Notes: generated from the letters alone by a model not told the origin. Positions 19,952 through 29,033 are shown, counted from the first letter of the stretch. The stretch: DNA of 64,000 nt from Candidatus Bathyarchaeota archaeon (GCA_963782525.1 CAWAKC010000007.1:1-64000); one strand, 5' to 3'. Made by a program: numbers and translations.

Positions 19952-20027
19952 GGCCTAGGAACTTAAGCACTCTCCGCTGAGCTTCAGGTGTCAGGTCGCT
20001 CAGGTAAATCTCAAGCTCGTCTGCCAC
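19882..20027 (-). pseudogene. Small virus-like hypothetical protein with 1-nt frameshift
   Basis: GTG start MADELEIYLSDLTPEAQRRVLKFLGLKTAEE, then shifted frame NLDVFPLCALPKPVKG*. Span is 146 nt (3n-1). Confidence 0.5.
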
Positions 20028-20172
20028 GCTCCAAAACCTTGATTTCTGTTTGGGTTTTAACCGAGTAAACACATCCGCAATCGGGGCATTTGAATTGGGC
20101 AATCCGCAGATTCCCAGAGTATGTGAATCCGAAAAACTTAGGGTTTAAGGCGTGGCATTCTGGGCAGGTCAT
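20011..20172 (-). CDS. Small zinc-ribbon protein (53 aa, not in ORF track)
   Basis: MTCPECHALNPKFFGFTYSGNLRIAQFKCPDCGCVYSVK...; two CxxC motifs, GGAGG upstream. Confidence 0.75.
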   Translation of the reverse strand: MTCPECHALNPKFFGFTYSGNLRIAQFKCPDCGCVYSVKTQTEIKVLERGRRA

Positions 20173-20299
20173 TCCGGCGCCTCCATGAACATCCGCTCTA
20201 TCCTGTTCGTGCTTGGTGATTCTTTATGCCGAATACATTGTAATGGAAAAATTGTTGTCTTTAGGCTTCAAAGCAATGCATAATAAGGAAAAGATACAA

Positions 20300-20768
20300 A
20301 AGGCGGTGAATGTTGGCCTAAAGACTTGAGACGCGATTCGGTTGATATCTGCATTTTATCATCCGATCAGCCTAAAGGCGTTGAGGTAAAATATTCAGGC
20401 GACTATGGAAGCGGGCATAAGGCTGGCAGATGGCAATTCCAAAATATTAGTCCAAGAAAATTTGATTTCCTCGTTTTGGTAGCTGAAGCCGAGCCAAATC
20501 GTAAGTTTTTTATTTTCACAAAAGAGGAAGCTAAAATGTATCTTCCGTTCTGCGACTGGGCGTGGAGAAGCCTACTGGCGAAAATCATCGATGGGTCGGA
20601 ATCTATGATAGTTCAGAGAATTGGCAGACAAACATGAAAATTTGGAAACCAAGACGACCAAACCCTAAAGATGCAAAAACTAAATTCATGCTTTCAGAAG
20701 CTGACTTCATATGATTTATAGCCAACAATAACGCGAACTTTGATGAAAGATGGGACAAGTTTAAGTAG
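20300..20768 (+). pseudogene. PD-(D/E)xK nuclease-like pseudogene
   Basis: VDICI...VEVK core, FDFLVLV, frameshift near 20560, internal TGA, ends FDERWDKFK*. Confidence 0.55.
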
Positions 20769-20795
20769 CTTTTTTTAAATTTAGCCATGATTCAC

Positions 20796-20934
20796 AGCGT
20801 CCAATAAAGCCAGTCGCCTATTGGTCGGACAGGATAAGTCAACCTCGAAATTATTTTTGTATTTATATCGGATAATAATATAAAACCCGAAAGATCTAAC
20901 CCCCTTCATAGGGCACCCAGATTTTGGAAGGCTT
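20796..20934. repeat. ~130-bp inverted-repeat element, copy A (left end degenerate)
   Basis: Right end ACCCAGATTTTGGAAG (20915-20930) is identical to copy C 23145-23160; T-rich core. Confidence 0.7.
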
Positions 20935-20941
20935 CAATCCA

Positions 20942-21244
20942 TTAACTCTTTTGCACGCTTGCTTTTTTAAAGACCTCAGCAATTAAATAGTTCTCGATAC
21001 GTTCAGCCTCAAGTTCAGCCACACCTTCATTTTCAGCATCAGTCTTCGAGCAATCCTTCTCAATTTTTCTATGCGTTTCCACGTGCGCCTCTATAGCTTT
21101 ACTCATAGCCTTCAAGTCAGGGACCAACAAGATTTCCCAGCCACACTCACATTTAATTGTTGACTTAGCTACATTTATGGAAACGTTTTTTTTCAAAGCA
21201 TTAGCTTTTGCAGCTTTGTCATATCTATCTTCGCGAGCTTGCAT
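20942..21244 (-). CDS. Hypothetical protein with CxC...H...H putative Zn site
   Basis: IKCECGWEILLVPDLKAMSKAIEAHVETH; GGAGG upstream. Confidence 0.7.
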   Translation of the reverse strand: MQAREDRYDKAAKANALKKNVSINVAKSTIKCECGWEILLVPDLKAMSKAIEAHVETHRKIEKDCSKTDAENEGVAELEAERIENYLIAEVFKKASVQKS

Positions 21245-21401
21245 AGTTTTCCTCCATTTCGTCTAAAGCACGGGCAAAAAAAATTCTTGTTGAACAATTA
21301 GCCATATTTGGAGCAGTAATAAAAAGGCATGTTGGCTATGGTTAGATACAACAAACAGAAAATTAAGCCCTGAGTTAACAGATAAACTTCCATAATACTC
21401 A

Positions 21402-21532
21402 AAGGCCTTCCAAAAATTGGGCGGTATAGAAACAAACAACTGCAATATTATTTGTTTGTTTTTATAGGTTCTGATGATAAGATAAAACCTGTCAAGCCGT
21501 TCCTACTATACCCCTAATCGGTGGAAGGCCTT
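21402..21532. repeat. 131-bp inverted-repeat element, copy B
   Basis: Ends AAGGCCTTCCAAAAATTGGGCGGTATAG / CTATACCCCTAATCGGTGGAAGGCCTT; core TTTTATAGGTTCTGATGATAAGATAAAACCTG. Confidence 0.85.
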
Positions 21533-21662
21533 ACGCATGCCAGAAACAGCGTACACTGATTGAACTACTTACACGACCGCTTGAAAATATTCAGGACCTA
21601 AAAAAAGTTTGGAAGTTTATTTAAGAATTTAGCTCTACCTTCTCCGAGTGAACTTCTGGCTT

Positions 21663-21851
21663 TCAACGCTCAGCCATTTTTTCATTTGCCATTTTAGCGA
21701 GTTTCTCATACATCACTTGTCTGCGTCCCCAATTTGGATCTTCCCAATGGCCATGGAAGAAATCTGTGACCCACAATATAAAATCTTGGCGATTTTTAAT
21801 GGCTGCAGGAGTTAAAGCTGCTACCTTATCGGCAATTTTAGGTGTAGACAT
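21663..21851 (-). CDS. Small hypothetical protein (possibly internally deleted)
   Basis: 62 aa, GAGG RBS, FFHGHWEDPNWGRR segment. Confidence 0.5.
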   Translation of the reverse strand: MSTPKIADKVAALTPAAIKNRQDFILWVTDFFHGHWEDPNWGRRQVMYEKLAKMANEKMAER

Positions 21852-21911
21852 ATTAAAACCTCATTAATTATATCTCTTGTCTTAATATAAAAAGTTTTAT
21901 CGTTGTTAAAA

Positions 21912-22022
21912 ATGTCAAAAAAGAGATACAGCTTTTTTCTCGGACTCACTGCTGGCGACACGCTCGAATGGCAAATGACAGACACTTCAGATGGACGCAA
22001 AGCCACAGTTAGAAAAATCTAA
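21912..22022 (+). pseudogene. Truncated AbrB/MazE/SpoVT-like DNA-binding protein
   Basis: FLGLTAGDTLEWQM...ATVRKI matches the C-terminal half of the swapped-hairpin fold; N-terminal strands absent. Confidence 0.5.
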
Positions 22023-22300
22023 AATCCGTCCACCGAAGTTCCACTCGGGCAGAAATGGTGAATCCGGACTAGGACTAGGCTCGAGCGTGTGGGCGCGTCA
22101 GAAAATTTCCCGGAAAAATTCCATGACGAACTAAACATTGTGTCAATAAAAGGACACATAGTAATTTATGGAATGTGTACACCTAAAGTCATCCCAGCAT
22201 ACATTTTAGGTGCAAAACTAAGTGATCCAAAAATTTTATAAGCAGTTGTCACGTGCATTCTATATTGAGAGTTAAGAAAACGTTTTTTGGTGGGACCTAA

Positions 22301-22918
22301 ATGTCATATACCCTTGATGATTTTAGAACGGCAGCTGCCGCCGATGGTGTGAACGTAATACCATTCTACGATCTGCGCAGAGATGCCACTTCAATTGCTG
22401 ATGAGGTGCAACGCCGAAAAGAAGATGCAAAATATGATTCGAGCACTTTTGAAAAACAAAAAGATGGTATGCTGGAAGAAATAAAGAAAAACAAGGAAAA
22501 AATTAACGACATTAGAAAACAAATTGAGGACTTTAAAAGTCAGAATCCAGACGGCAGTGTGAATACCTTTGAAGACGATATTAAGAAGTGCGAAAGGGAG
22601 ATTGAAGAGTACAACGGTAAAATTGGAGATCTGAACAATGAAATGGCAAGGGCCGTAGATGCCTTTGAGAGACTTTATAACGCCCGTGCCGGATTGCGAG
22701 AATATTTTGACAAAGCCAAAGATCAATTGAGAGACGTAAAGTCAGACCCTGCAAGGTACTTGGGAGGCAGCCCATCAGATGATGACTTGAAAAAATTGCA
22801 GGAGTATCTTAGGGTTATTGAAGGCGAGATTGAAGACGCGGAAGTAAACCACAAGGAACAAGAGGATGGCGCCAAAAAACAAATGGAAAAGTTCCGCGAA
22901 CTAATTAGAAAAACCTGA
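22301..22918 (+). CDS. Coiled-coil hypothetical protein (205 aa)
   Basis: Long charged heptad-rich ORF with TATA-like TTTTATAA upstream. Confidence 0.8.
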   Translation: MSYTLDDFRTAAAADGVNVIPFYDLRRDATSIADEVQRRKEDAKYDSSTFEKQKDGMLEEIKKNKEKINDIRKQIEDFKSQNPDGSVNTFEDDIKKCEREIEEYNGKIGDLNNEMARAVDAFERLYNARAGLREYFDKAKDQLRDVKSDPARYLGGSPSDDDLKKLQEYLRVIEGEIEDAEVNHKEQEDGAKKQMEKFRELIRKT

Positions 22919-23032
22919 ATGGTGACGCTGAATTTCGTTGCTGTGATATTATGGACAGGCATATTCCTTTAGGGCATGTCCAAAACTTTTTAGAAAAAAC
23001 TTCGGGCAAACTCAATACTGTACATGATAGGG

Positions 23033-23164
23033 AGGTCTTCCGAAAACTGAAGGGTATAGAATAGATGAGTTTGATTTTATTTATTTGATTTTTATATGTT
23101 CTGATGGTAAGACAAATCCTGAAAGACCTCTTTCCTACTATGGGACCCAGATTTTGGAAGACCT
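23033..23164. repeat. 132-bp inverted-repeat element, copy C
   Basis: Ends AGGTCTTCCGAAAACTGAAGGGTATAG / CTATGGGACCCAGATTTTGGAAGACCT; core TTTTATATGTTCTGATGGTAAGACAAATCCTG. Confidence 0.85.
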
Positions 23165-23232
23165 TGGTGCATTCGAATTCTCTGGTTCACCGCAATATCC
23201 CATTCGTTTTATACACTTAAACACATAAGCTT

Positions 23233-23260
23233 ATAAGCATGTATGCACATACATACTTAT
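23233..23260. promoter_or_regulatory. Palindromic operator upstream of RHH gene
   Basis: ATAAGCATGTATG-CA-CATACATACTTAT (12/13 symmetric), overlapping TTATAA. Confidence 0.55.
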
Positions 23261-23348
23261 GTTAATAAGCGACCTCGAAGGGACAAAAAAGAAACAAGCA
23301 AAAATTTGCCTGCTCACTCATTCCAGAAGCAAAAACAAGTGACTAAAA

Positions 23349-23492
23349 TTGGGCCGCATCAACATTGACATTCCAGACGAATTAGAAAGACAGCTCAGAT
23401 TAAAAACGATAGAGCAATTCGGAGGCAAAAAAGGCGATTTATCTAAAGCTATCCAAGAAGCGGTCAAAACATGGATCGACAAAAAACAATGA
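23349..23492 (+). CDS. Ribbon-helix-helix (CopG-like) protein, 47 aa (not in ORF track)
   Basis: MGRINIDIPDELERQLRLKTIEQFGGKKGDLSKAIQEAVKTWIDKKQ. Confidence 0.8.
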   Translation: MGRINIDIPDELERQLRLKTIEQFGGKKGDLSKAIQEAVKTWIDKKQ

Positions 23493-23672
23493 AGCCGTCC
23501 CTCTTCAAATCCTAATAACTACATTATAAGAAGCCTATGTAAAATGCAAGGTCGCCGAGTAATCGATATGTAAACCTTTGAATAAAAAACCATGATACAC
23601 AATGCTCTCGAACATTCAGAAAGTTAGAAGTGCATACGGCGAAGACTTCCAATAGTCAAGTTTTAGCTGATG

Positions 23673-24422
23673 TCATTTGTTGGTTCTTTTAAGAGCTATA
23701 AAACAGAGGAAAAAGAACACGGCTCCAAAAGCAATCAGGATTAGAAAAGAGATCCATGGGAAGGGTTGGCCAAGGGCGGAAGAGCGCAAACATAAACAAG
23801 CATGTGTTAGCGGCGAAAGGTTAAGGATGGTGCTTAATGCCGTTGGAACTTGGCTTAAAGAAAAGAAGGTTCCGCTTAGAAAAGCCATGGGCAAAACGAC
23901 TAAGCTCATGAACAAAGTCATGTCCTGATGAGTCTTAGCTAACAAAGCAACTATGACACCCAAAAACGAGAATGTGAAACAAGTAACGACAAGGCTTAAT
24001 GGAAAAAGCCAACTTACCGCGGGCAAAGGCGAGAAAACGAGGCATGCCAAAAGCAAAGCTGCTGAACTCAACAGCCCACGCAGCACCCCGATTAAAGCTT
24101 TACCCACAATTATCGAAAAAGCACTGACAGGCGCCATCAAAGTCTCATCAAAACACTTGAAGAACAAGCGGTCCACATGCAACTTTAAGCCAGATGTGTT
24201 AAAAGCTGTGGTCATCGCCGTAAGTGCCAAGATTCCTGGAACAATAAACTGAAGATAACTAAATCCTTCGATGTTTGCGCCTCTTCCTAATCCATAGCCG
24301 AAAGCCAAAAGGTAGAGGATTGGCGCGACAAGCGTTAGAGCCATTGTTTTGCCCAAGTTGCGGCTTAGGAAACGCAAATCAACCCACACCACTGCATAGA
24401 TGTCTTGCAGAGTATCCATCAT
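23673..24422 (-). CDS. ABC-2 type transporter permease
   Basis: Six TM segments, YLQFIVPG, FLSGTFF, SPLTH. Confidence 0.9.
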   Translation of the reverse strand: MMDTLQDIYAVVWVDLRFLSRNLGKTMALTLVAPILYLLAFGYGLGRGANIEGFSYLQFIVPGILALTAMTTAFNTSGLKLHVDRLFFKCFDETLMAPVSAFSIIVGKALIGVLRGLLSSAALLLACLVFSPLPAVSWLFPLSLVVTCFTFSFLGVIVALLAKTHQDMTLFMSLVVLPMAFLSGTFFSLSQVPTALSTILNLSPLTHACLCLRSSALGQPFPWISFLILIAFGAVFFFLCFIALKRTNK

Positions 24423-25285
24423 TAGTCTTCGCCTACCTTTTTACCTGTTAACTCAACAAAGACGTCTTCAAGGTTTGAATCACGAATTATGATGGTTTTA
24501 TGGTCTGAAGAGAGATTCTGCACATAGCGGTTGGCGGTTTCTCGGTCAGCGAAGTGTTCATAAAGGGTAAATGAGCCGTCGACAAGAATCTCAACAGTTA
24601 CCATACCCACTTTTTGCCTAAGCTCTGAGGGTGCACCCAACGCAATTAAGTGTCCTTGATGAACGATGCCGACCCTTTGACACAACGCTTCAGCTTCCTC
24701 GATGTAATGAGTAGTCAAAAAAATTGTTGTGCCGTTTCGGCTTAAACTGCGAATTAAATCCCACATCTTACGTCGAACCTGAACATCCAACCCTACAGTA
24801 GGTTCATCAAGGAACAGCACCTTTGGCTTATGAATAAGGGCACGGGCAATCATAGCGGCTTTCTTCATTCCCCCTGATAATTCGTCAACCATCTTCTCGG
24901 TCTGCTTGGATAAGCCAACAAATTCAAGAAGCTCACCGATGCGTTGCTTGCGTTCGTTCGAGGGAATATGATGCAATCGTGCATGAAGCTCCATATTCTC
25001 TCTTAAGCTCAAATCTAAATCAAATGTTAAGTGCTGCTGTACTACACCGATCAATTCTTTGACTTTACCAGGTTCTTTTTCTACGTCAAACCCAGAAATC
25101 CAAATGGATCCTGAGGTGGGTTTGGTTAGTGTCGTGAGGACTCGGATGGTTGTGGTTTTGCCTGCACCATTGGGACCCAGAAAACCAAAGATTTCACCTG
25201 AATTAACGCTGAGGTTCAGGTCTTCTACTGCACAAACATCCTTGTATTTTTTGGTTAAGTTTCGGGTTGCAATTACCTCTTCCAA
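24422..25285 (-). CDS. ABC transporter ATP-binding protein (DrrA/NodI-like)
   Basis: GPNGAGKTT, LSGGM, LDEPT, TTHYIEEAE. Confidence 0.95.
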   Translation of the reverse strand: MEEVIATRNLTKKYKDVCAVEDLNLSVNSGEIFGFLGPNGAGKTTTIRVLTTLTKPTSGSIWISGFDVEKEPGKVKELIGVVQQHLTFDLDLSLRENMELHARLHHIPSNERKQRIGELLEFVGLSKQTEKMVDELSGGMKKAAMIARALIHKPKVLFLDEPTVGLDVQVRRKMWDLIRSLSRNGTTIFLTTHYIEEAEALCQRVGIVHQGHLIALGAPSELRQKVGMVTVEILVDGSFTLYEHFADRETANRYVQNLSSDHKTIIIRDSNLEDVFVELTGKKVGED

Positions 25286-25396
25286 CGGCAGGTTCCCTCC
25301 TCAAGGTTAGATTTGATATTCACATACCCTATAAAGCCTAGTAAAAATGCTTTTCAAAAATCCTAAAAACAAAAGGTGCAACATTATGAATTTCCT

Positions 25397-26557
25397 CTAC
25401 AAATACAGTTGACGAGTCGTAAACAAAATCGTGCCTATAATCAAAATCACTGTAGAAATGATAAGCAATAACTTGCCAGCTGTTTTATTTTTACCCCAAA
25501 CTAAACCTGAAACCCAGTACAAGGGCAATATAGGCAACGCATACCTATGCAGGTTCTTCGGGTCAGAATAGAACGCTAGAATTACCAGGGTGTAAATTGC
25601 AAAAGCCCAGTATTTCAGGTCTTTTCTCTCACTAACTGTTCCCTTAACGAAATCTCTTATTGGAACTTTCTCTGTGAAGAGAAACCATACAAACGGAGCA
25701 AGAATTAAAGCGGTTTCAGCTGAAAACAGCACCGTGTAACCTAATTGGTCAGTGATTACTTGGGTAAGGGTTAGTCTTGAAGCTCCCCAAACATGGTTGT
25801 AAACAATTTCTCTGACAGGAAACAGTCCAGTCAAGAAGTAACCATAAACATTGAATAAAAAATATGGCAAAGCAACAACAATTGCCTGGCTAATCGCTGT
25901 TCCATACTTACGCGTTTGCAACCCATTATAGACAAAAGGAATCAAAACTAAAAAGCCGCTGCTACGGGTTAAGGAAGCAAAAAACCCTAAAACAGATGAT
26001 TTCACCGATTTACCTTTCTCCAAAAAATAGAAGGTGCCTAAAGCAAACGTCATAAACAAACTCTCCGAGTAAACGCTCGAATAGAACAAAGCGCCCGGCC
26101 AAAACGCGAAGAAAACCGTGGATATTAAAGCAAAACTGCTCTTAGAAAAAACAAGTTTAGTTACATTGTAAAATAGGAATAAGCTGACAAAAAAAAGTAT
26201 GTTGCTAATTACGAATCCAGAAACCAGAACAGCTTGGTCATCAGGCATGATTCCTAACAACGGAGTTCCAAACACACGCATCAAAAGGGGGTATAAGGGA
26301 AAGAAAGCCCAGTTTCCGCTAACAGGGTTATTTCCAGCTGGATAACCTGTAAGTGCGATTTGACTGTACCAGCCACCATCCCACTGGCTAAAATAGTTAA
26401 CAATCGAAATCGATGACATTGTCTTTGCTGAAGAAGAGAAAAGAGCCGCAACCGCCGCAACAGCAAAAATAAGAAGTCTAGAAGATAAACCAACAAGGAA
26501 AACTTTGCCATTCTCAGAAGAAACAGCCCCGCGCATCCTAACCTTCAGATTCAGCAA
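25397..26557 (-). CDS. GT-C membrane mannosyltransferase (PIG-V-like)
   Basis: WDGGWY..IA..GY, AFFPLYP, YSESLF; polytopic. Start uncertain. Confidence 0.85.
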   Translation of the reverse strand: MLNLKVRMRGAVSSENGKVFLVGLSSRLLIFAVAAVAALFSSSAKTMSSISIVNYFSQWDGGWYSQIALTGYPAGNNPVSGNWAFFPLYPLLMRVFGTPLLGIMPDDQAVLVSGFVISNILFFVSLFLFYNVTKLVFSKSSFALISTVFFAFWPGALFYSSVYSESLFMTFALGTFYFLEKGKSVKSSVLGFFASLTRSSGFLVLIPFVYNGLQTRKYGTAISQAIVVALPYFLFNVYGYFLTGLFPVREIVYNHVWGASRLTLTQVITDQLGYTVLFSAETALILAPFVWFLFTEKVPIRDFVKGTVSERKDLKYWAFAIYTLVILAFYSDPKNLHRYALPILPLYWVSGLVWGKNKTAGKLLLIISTVILIIGTILFTTRQLYL

Positions 26558-27033
26558 ATATAATTGTACTCCCTTTGAGGTTTAATCCTGTATTTCAAGA
26601 GAATATTCAATATAAGTTTTAGCGGTTAAACGGTGAATCGTTCTTTGAAGAAAAAAATGTTGACATTAAGAGAGCTTTGGAACATTTTAAATAGGTAATT
26701 TTCACATAGCTGTAACTTGACTTTAGAGTTATCGACTATGGGCATCCTACAGGACATATTTAACTTTATTACATTCGGAAGCAATAGCTCGTTTATCCTT
26801 CTCAAGACATTCTGCCACTTGGAATTGGATTTATAGTTAGATTGATAATCGGTTTGTTCTAACAAAATAGAGGCGAAAAAGCAAGAATTTCTCGGTTTCT
26901 TTCAATTATTGACGTAGTGAATCGACTGTAAGAATTTGAAATTCATAAGCCTTACTTATCATTGCTGCATCGACTACTATGTCCAAGAACAAAGTCATGT
27001 ATACATAGTGCACTAACTGAGGATGAAGGGAAT

Positions 27034-27441
27034 TTGAGCAAACGAAAAAGTGGAAACAACTTTAGCAATATCTTACTGGAATCGATTGACCAGGCCTTCA
27101 CTTTACTAGGAGAAAAAGCAAGAACATCAATATACATTCAACTTGAAATTCACTTTGCAATTCCACGAAAAGACATCCCTAAAAGAGTAGGAGATTTTTC
27201 AGATGCACTTGAACAGATTTTTGGTTTAGCTGCCCCACAACTTGAGATTCTAATCATGAAATATCTTAATCAGAAGGTCAACTGCGCTTACGATTGGGTT
27301 GGACCAAACTGGCTTATTCCAGATTTGACTTTAACAAAATACATAAAGTTGCTTGAGCTGTGGTGTGAAGAAAACGAAAAAAGTTGGGAATTAGAGGTGA
27401 GGATAAATGCTGAAGAACGACAAGAACAAAGAGCACAATGA
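27034..27441 (+). CDS. Hypothetical protein associated with archaeal two-component systems
   Basis: LLESIDQAFTLLGE...FSDALEQIFG..A..LEILI pattern; overlaps the kinase gene. Confidence 0.65.
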   Translation: MSKRKSGNNFSNILLESIDQAFTLLGEKARTSIYIQLEIHFAIPRKDIPKRVGDFSDALEQIFGLAAPQLEILIMKYLNQKVNCAYDWVGPNWLIPDLTLTKYIKLLELWCEENEKSWELEVRINAEERQEQRAQ

Positions 27442-28588
27442 TTCTTTAGAAGACTTGTTTGGTCTAGTCAAGGAAGCAATAATCGTTGTAGACGAGGATG
27501 CTATGGTAACTTATTGGAATCCTGCAGCGGAAAAAACATTCGGATATTCGAATGAAGAAGCACTTGGCAAAAATATCCATGGGCTTGTCGTTCCTCATTC
27601 GCTTTGTCGAGAAGGAAAAGAACGCATCGACTTAAGTGTGAAAACCTTCACTCAAACAGGCATGGGCTACTTCACAGTAGGAAACGTTGAGTTAGTTGCA
27701 CGCCGAAAGGACGACAGCGAATTCCCAGCAGAATTATCAATTTCTCCAGCCCTCCAGAACGGAAAATGGAGTGCTGTTGCCGTAGTAAAAAATATTACTG
27801 AAAGAAAACGTTTGCAGACAAAGCTTTCAGAATATTCTCAGAAGCTTGAGGAACTAGTTCAGCAAAGAACCCTTCAATTGGAAATCGCTCAGGCTGAACT
27901 AGTTAAAACGGAGCGTCTTGCAGCAATCGGGGAATTAGCAGGCATGGTTGGACACGACCTACGCAACCCCCTAACAGGAATCAAGAACTCCGCCTATTTC
28001 CTAAAGAAGAAGGGTGACTCTATCTCACACACGCAATCTCAAGAAATGCTTGAAACAATTGATAAATGCGTAGATTACTCCAACAAAATCGTCAATGACC
28101 TCTTAGAATATTCAAAAGAAGTGAATCTGCAACTGCAAGAGCAGTCACCAAAGAAATTGCTCATCGAATCTCTAAGCCTCATAGACATACCTCAAAAAAT
28201 CGAATTCCAAAACCACCTAACTGACAACCCTAAAGTAAAAGTTGATGCCAACAAAATAAAACGCGTATTCGTCAATTTAGCCAAAAATGCCTTCGATGCG
28301 ATGCAGAGCGGAGGCAAAATAATCGTCGATAGCAAACAAGTCAACGGAAATTTGGAAATTTCGTTCTCAGATAACGGTGAAGGAATCCCTGAAGAGGTTT
28401 TACCCAAGCTTTTTTCACCCTTGTTTACTACTAAAGCGCAGGGGATGGGTTTTGGCTTAGCCATATGCAAACGCATCGTCGAGGCGCATAACGGAACAAT
28501 AGCTGTTAAATCAGTGAGAGGCAGGGGAACCACTTTTACGTTAACTTTACCGATCGAGCTAAAGTTGGAGGTGAAAGAACTTGAATAA
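27407..28588 (+). CDS. PAS-domain sensor histidine kinase
   Basis: WNPAAEKTFGY PAS, GHDLRNPL H-box, N/G1/F/G2 boxes. Confidence 0.95.
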   Translation: MLKNDKNKEHNDSLEDLFGLVKEAIIVVDEDAMVTYWNPAAEKTFGYSNEEALGKNIHGLVVPHSLCREGKERIDLSVKTFTQTGMGYFTVGNVELVARRKDDSEFPAELSISPALQNGKWSAVAVVKNITERKRLQTKLSEYSQKLEELVQQRTLQLEIAQAELVKTERLAAIGELAGMVGHDLRNPLTGIKNSAYFLKKKGDSISHTQSQEMLETIDKCVDYSNKIVNDLLEYSKEVNLQLQEQSPKKLLIESLSLIDIPQKIEFQNHLTDNPKVKVDANKIKRVFVNLAKNAFDAMQSGGKIIVDSKQVNGNLEISFSDNGEGIPEEVLPKLFSPLFTTKAQGMGFGLAICKRIVEAHNGTIAVKSVRGRGTTFTLTLPIELKLEVKELE

Positions 28589-29033
28589 ACACGCCCGAAT
28601 ACTCGTTGTCGACGACGACGAAACCATAAGAAAAACCATGAAAGCCATATTAGAAGACGAAGGATACCTCGTTGATTTAGCAAGCACCGGAAAGGAAGCC
28701 ATCCAGAAAACTCACGAAAAAATTTACGACATTGCACTGCTCGACATCAGGCTGCCCGACATGGAAGGCATAGAACTGCTGGAAAAAATGAAGGATAACG
28801 TTCCCAGAACACGAAAAATCATGGTTACAGGTTACCCCTCAATGCAGAACGCCATATCTTCTCTAAACAAGAAAGCCGACGCTTATCTGCTTAAGCCAGT
28901 AGACATTGAAAAAATACTGCAAACCATAAAGGAACAGTTGCAAGCTCAGGAGAACGAACGAAAATTTAGTGAACAAAAAATCGCTGAATTCATCGAAAGC
29001 CGAGTTTACGAACTAACCACAGAGCACACTTAG
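28581..29033 (+). CDS. Response regulator (receiver domain)
   Basis: ILVVDDD, LLDIRLPD, TGY, KP. Confidence 0.95.
   Translation: MNKHARILVVDDDETIRKTMKAILEDEGYLVDLASTGKEAIQKTHEKIYDIALLDIRLPDMEGIELLEKMKDNVPRTRKIMVTGYPSMQNAISSLNKKADAYLLKPVDIEKILQTIKEQLQAQENERKFSEQKIAEFIESRVYELTTEHT

Larger units (their letters stand above)
18990..23492. mobile_element. Decayed integrative element/cassette island
   Basis: Integrase fragment, Zn-ribbon and virus-like small genes, nuclease pseudogene, AbrB fragment, RHH gene, three repeat elements. Boundaries approximate. Confidence 0.65.

Noticed and set aside
20796-23164. CRISPR array or classical integron attC interpretation of the repeats
   Set aside because: Units are ~130 bp, separated by 0.5-1.5 kb and divergent; no cas genes; no RYYYAAC/GTTRRRY cores and no recognisable IntI-specific insertion.
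18989-23217. TTTATACACT at both ends of the second island as attL/attR
   Set aside because: Only 10 bp and AT-rich; not distinguishable from chance by eye.
26626-26865. 79-aa minus-strand ORF
   Set aside because: AT-rich intergenic sequence with no recognisable domain.
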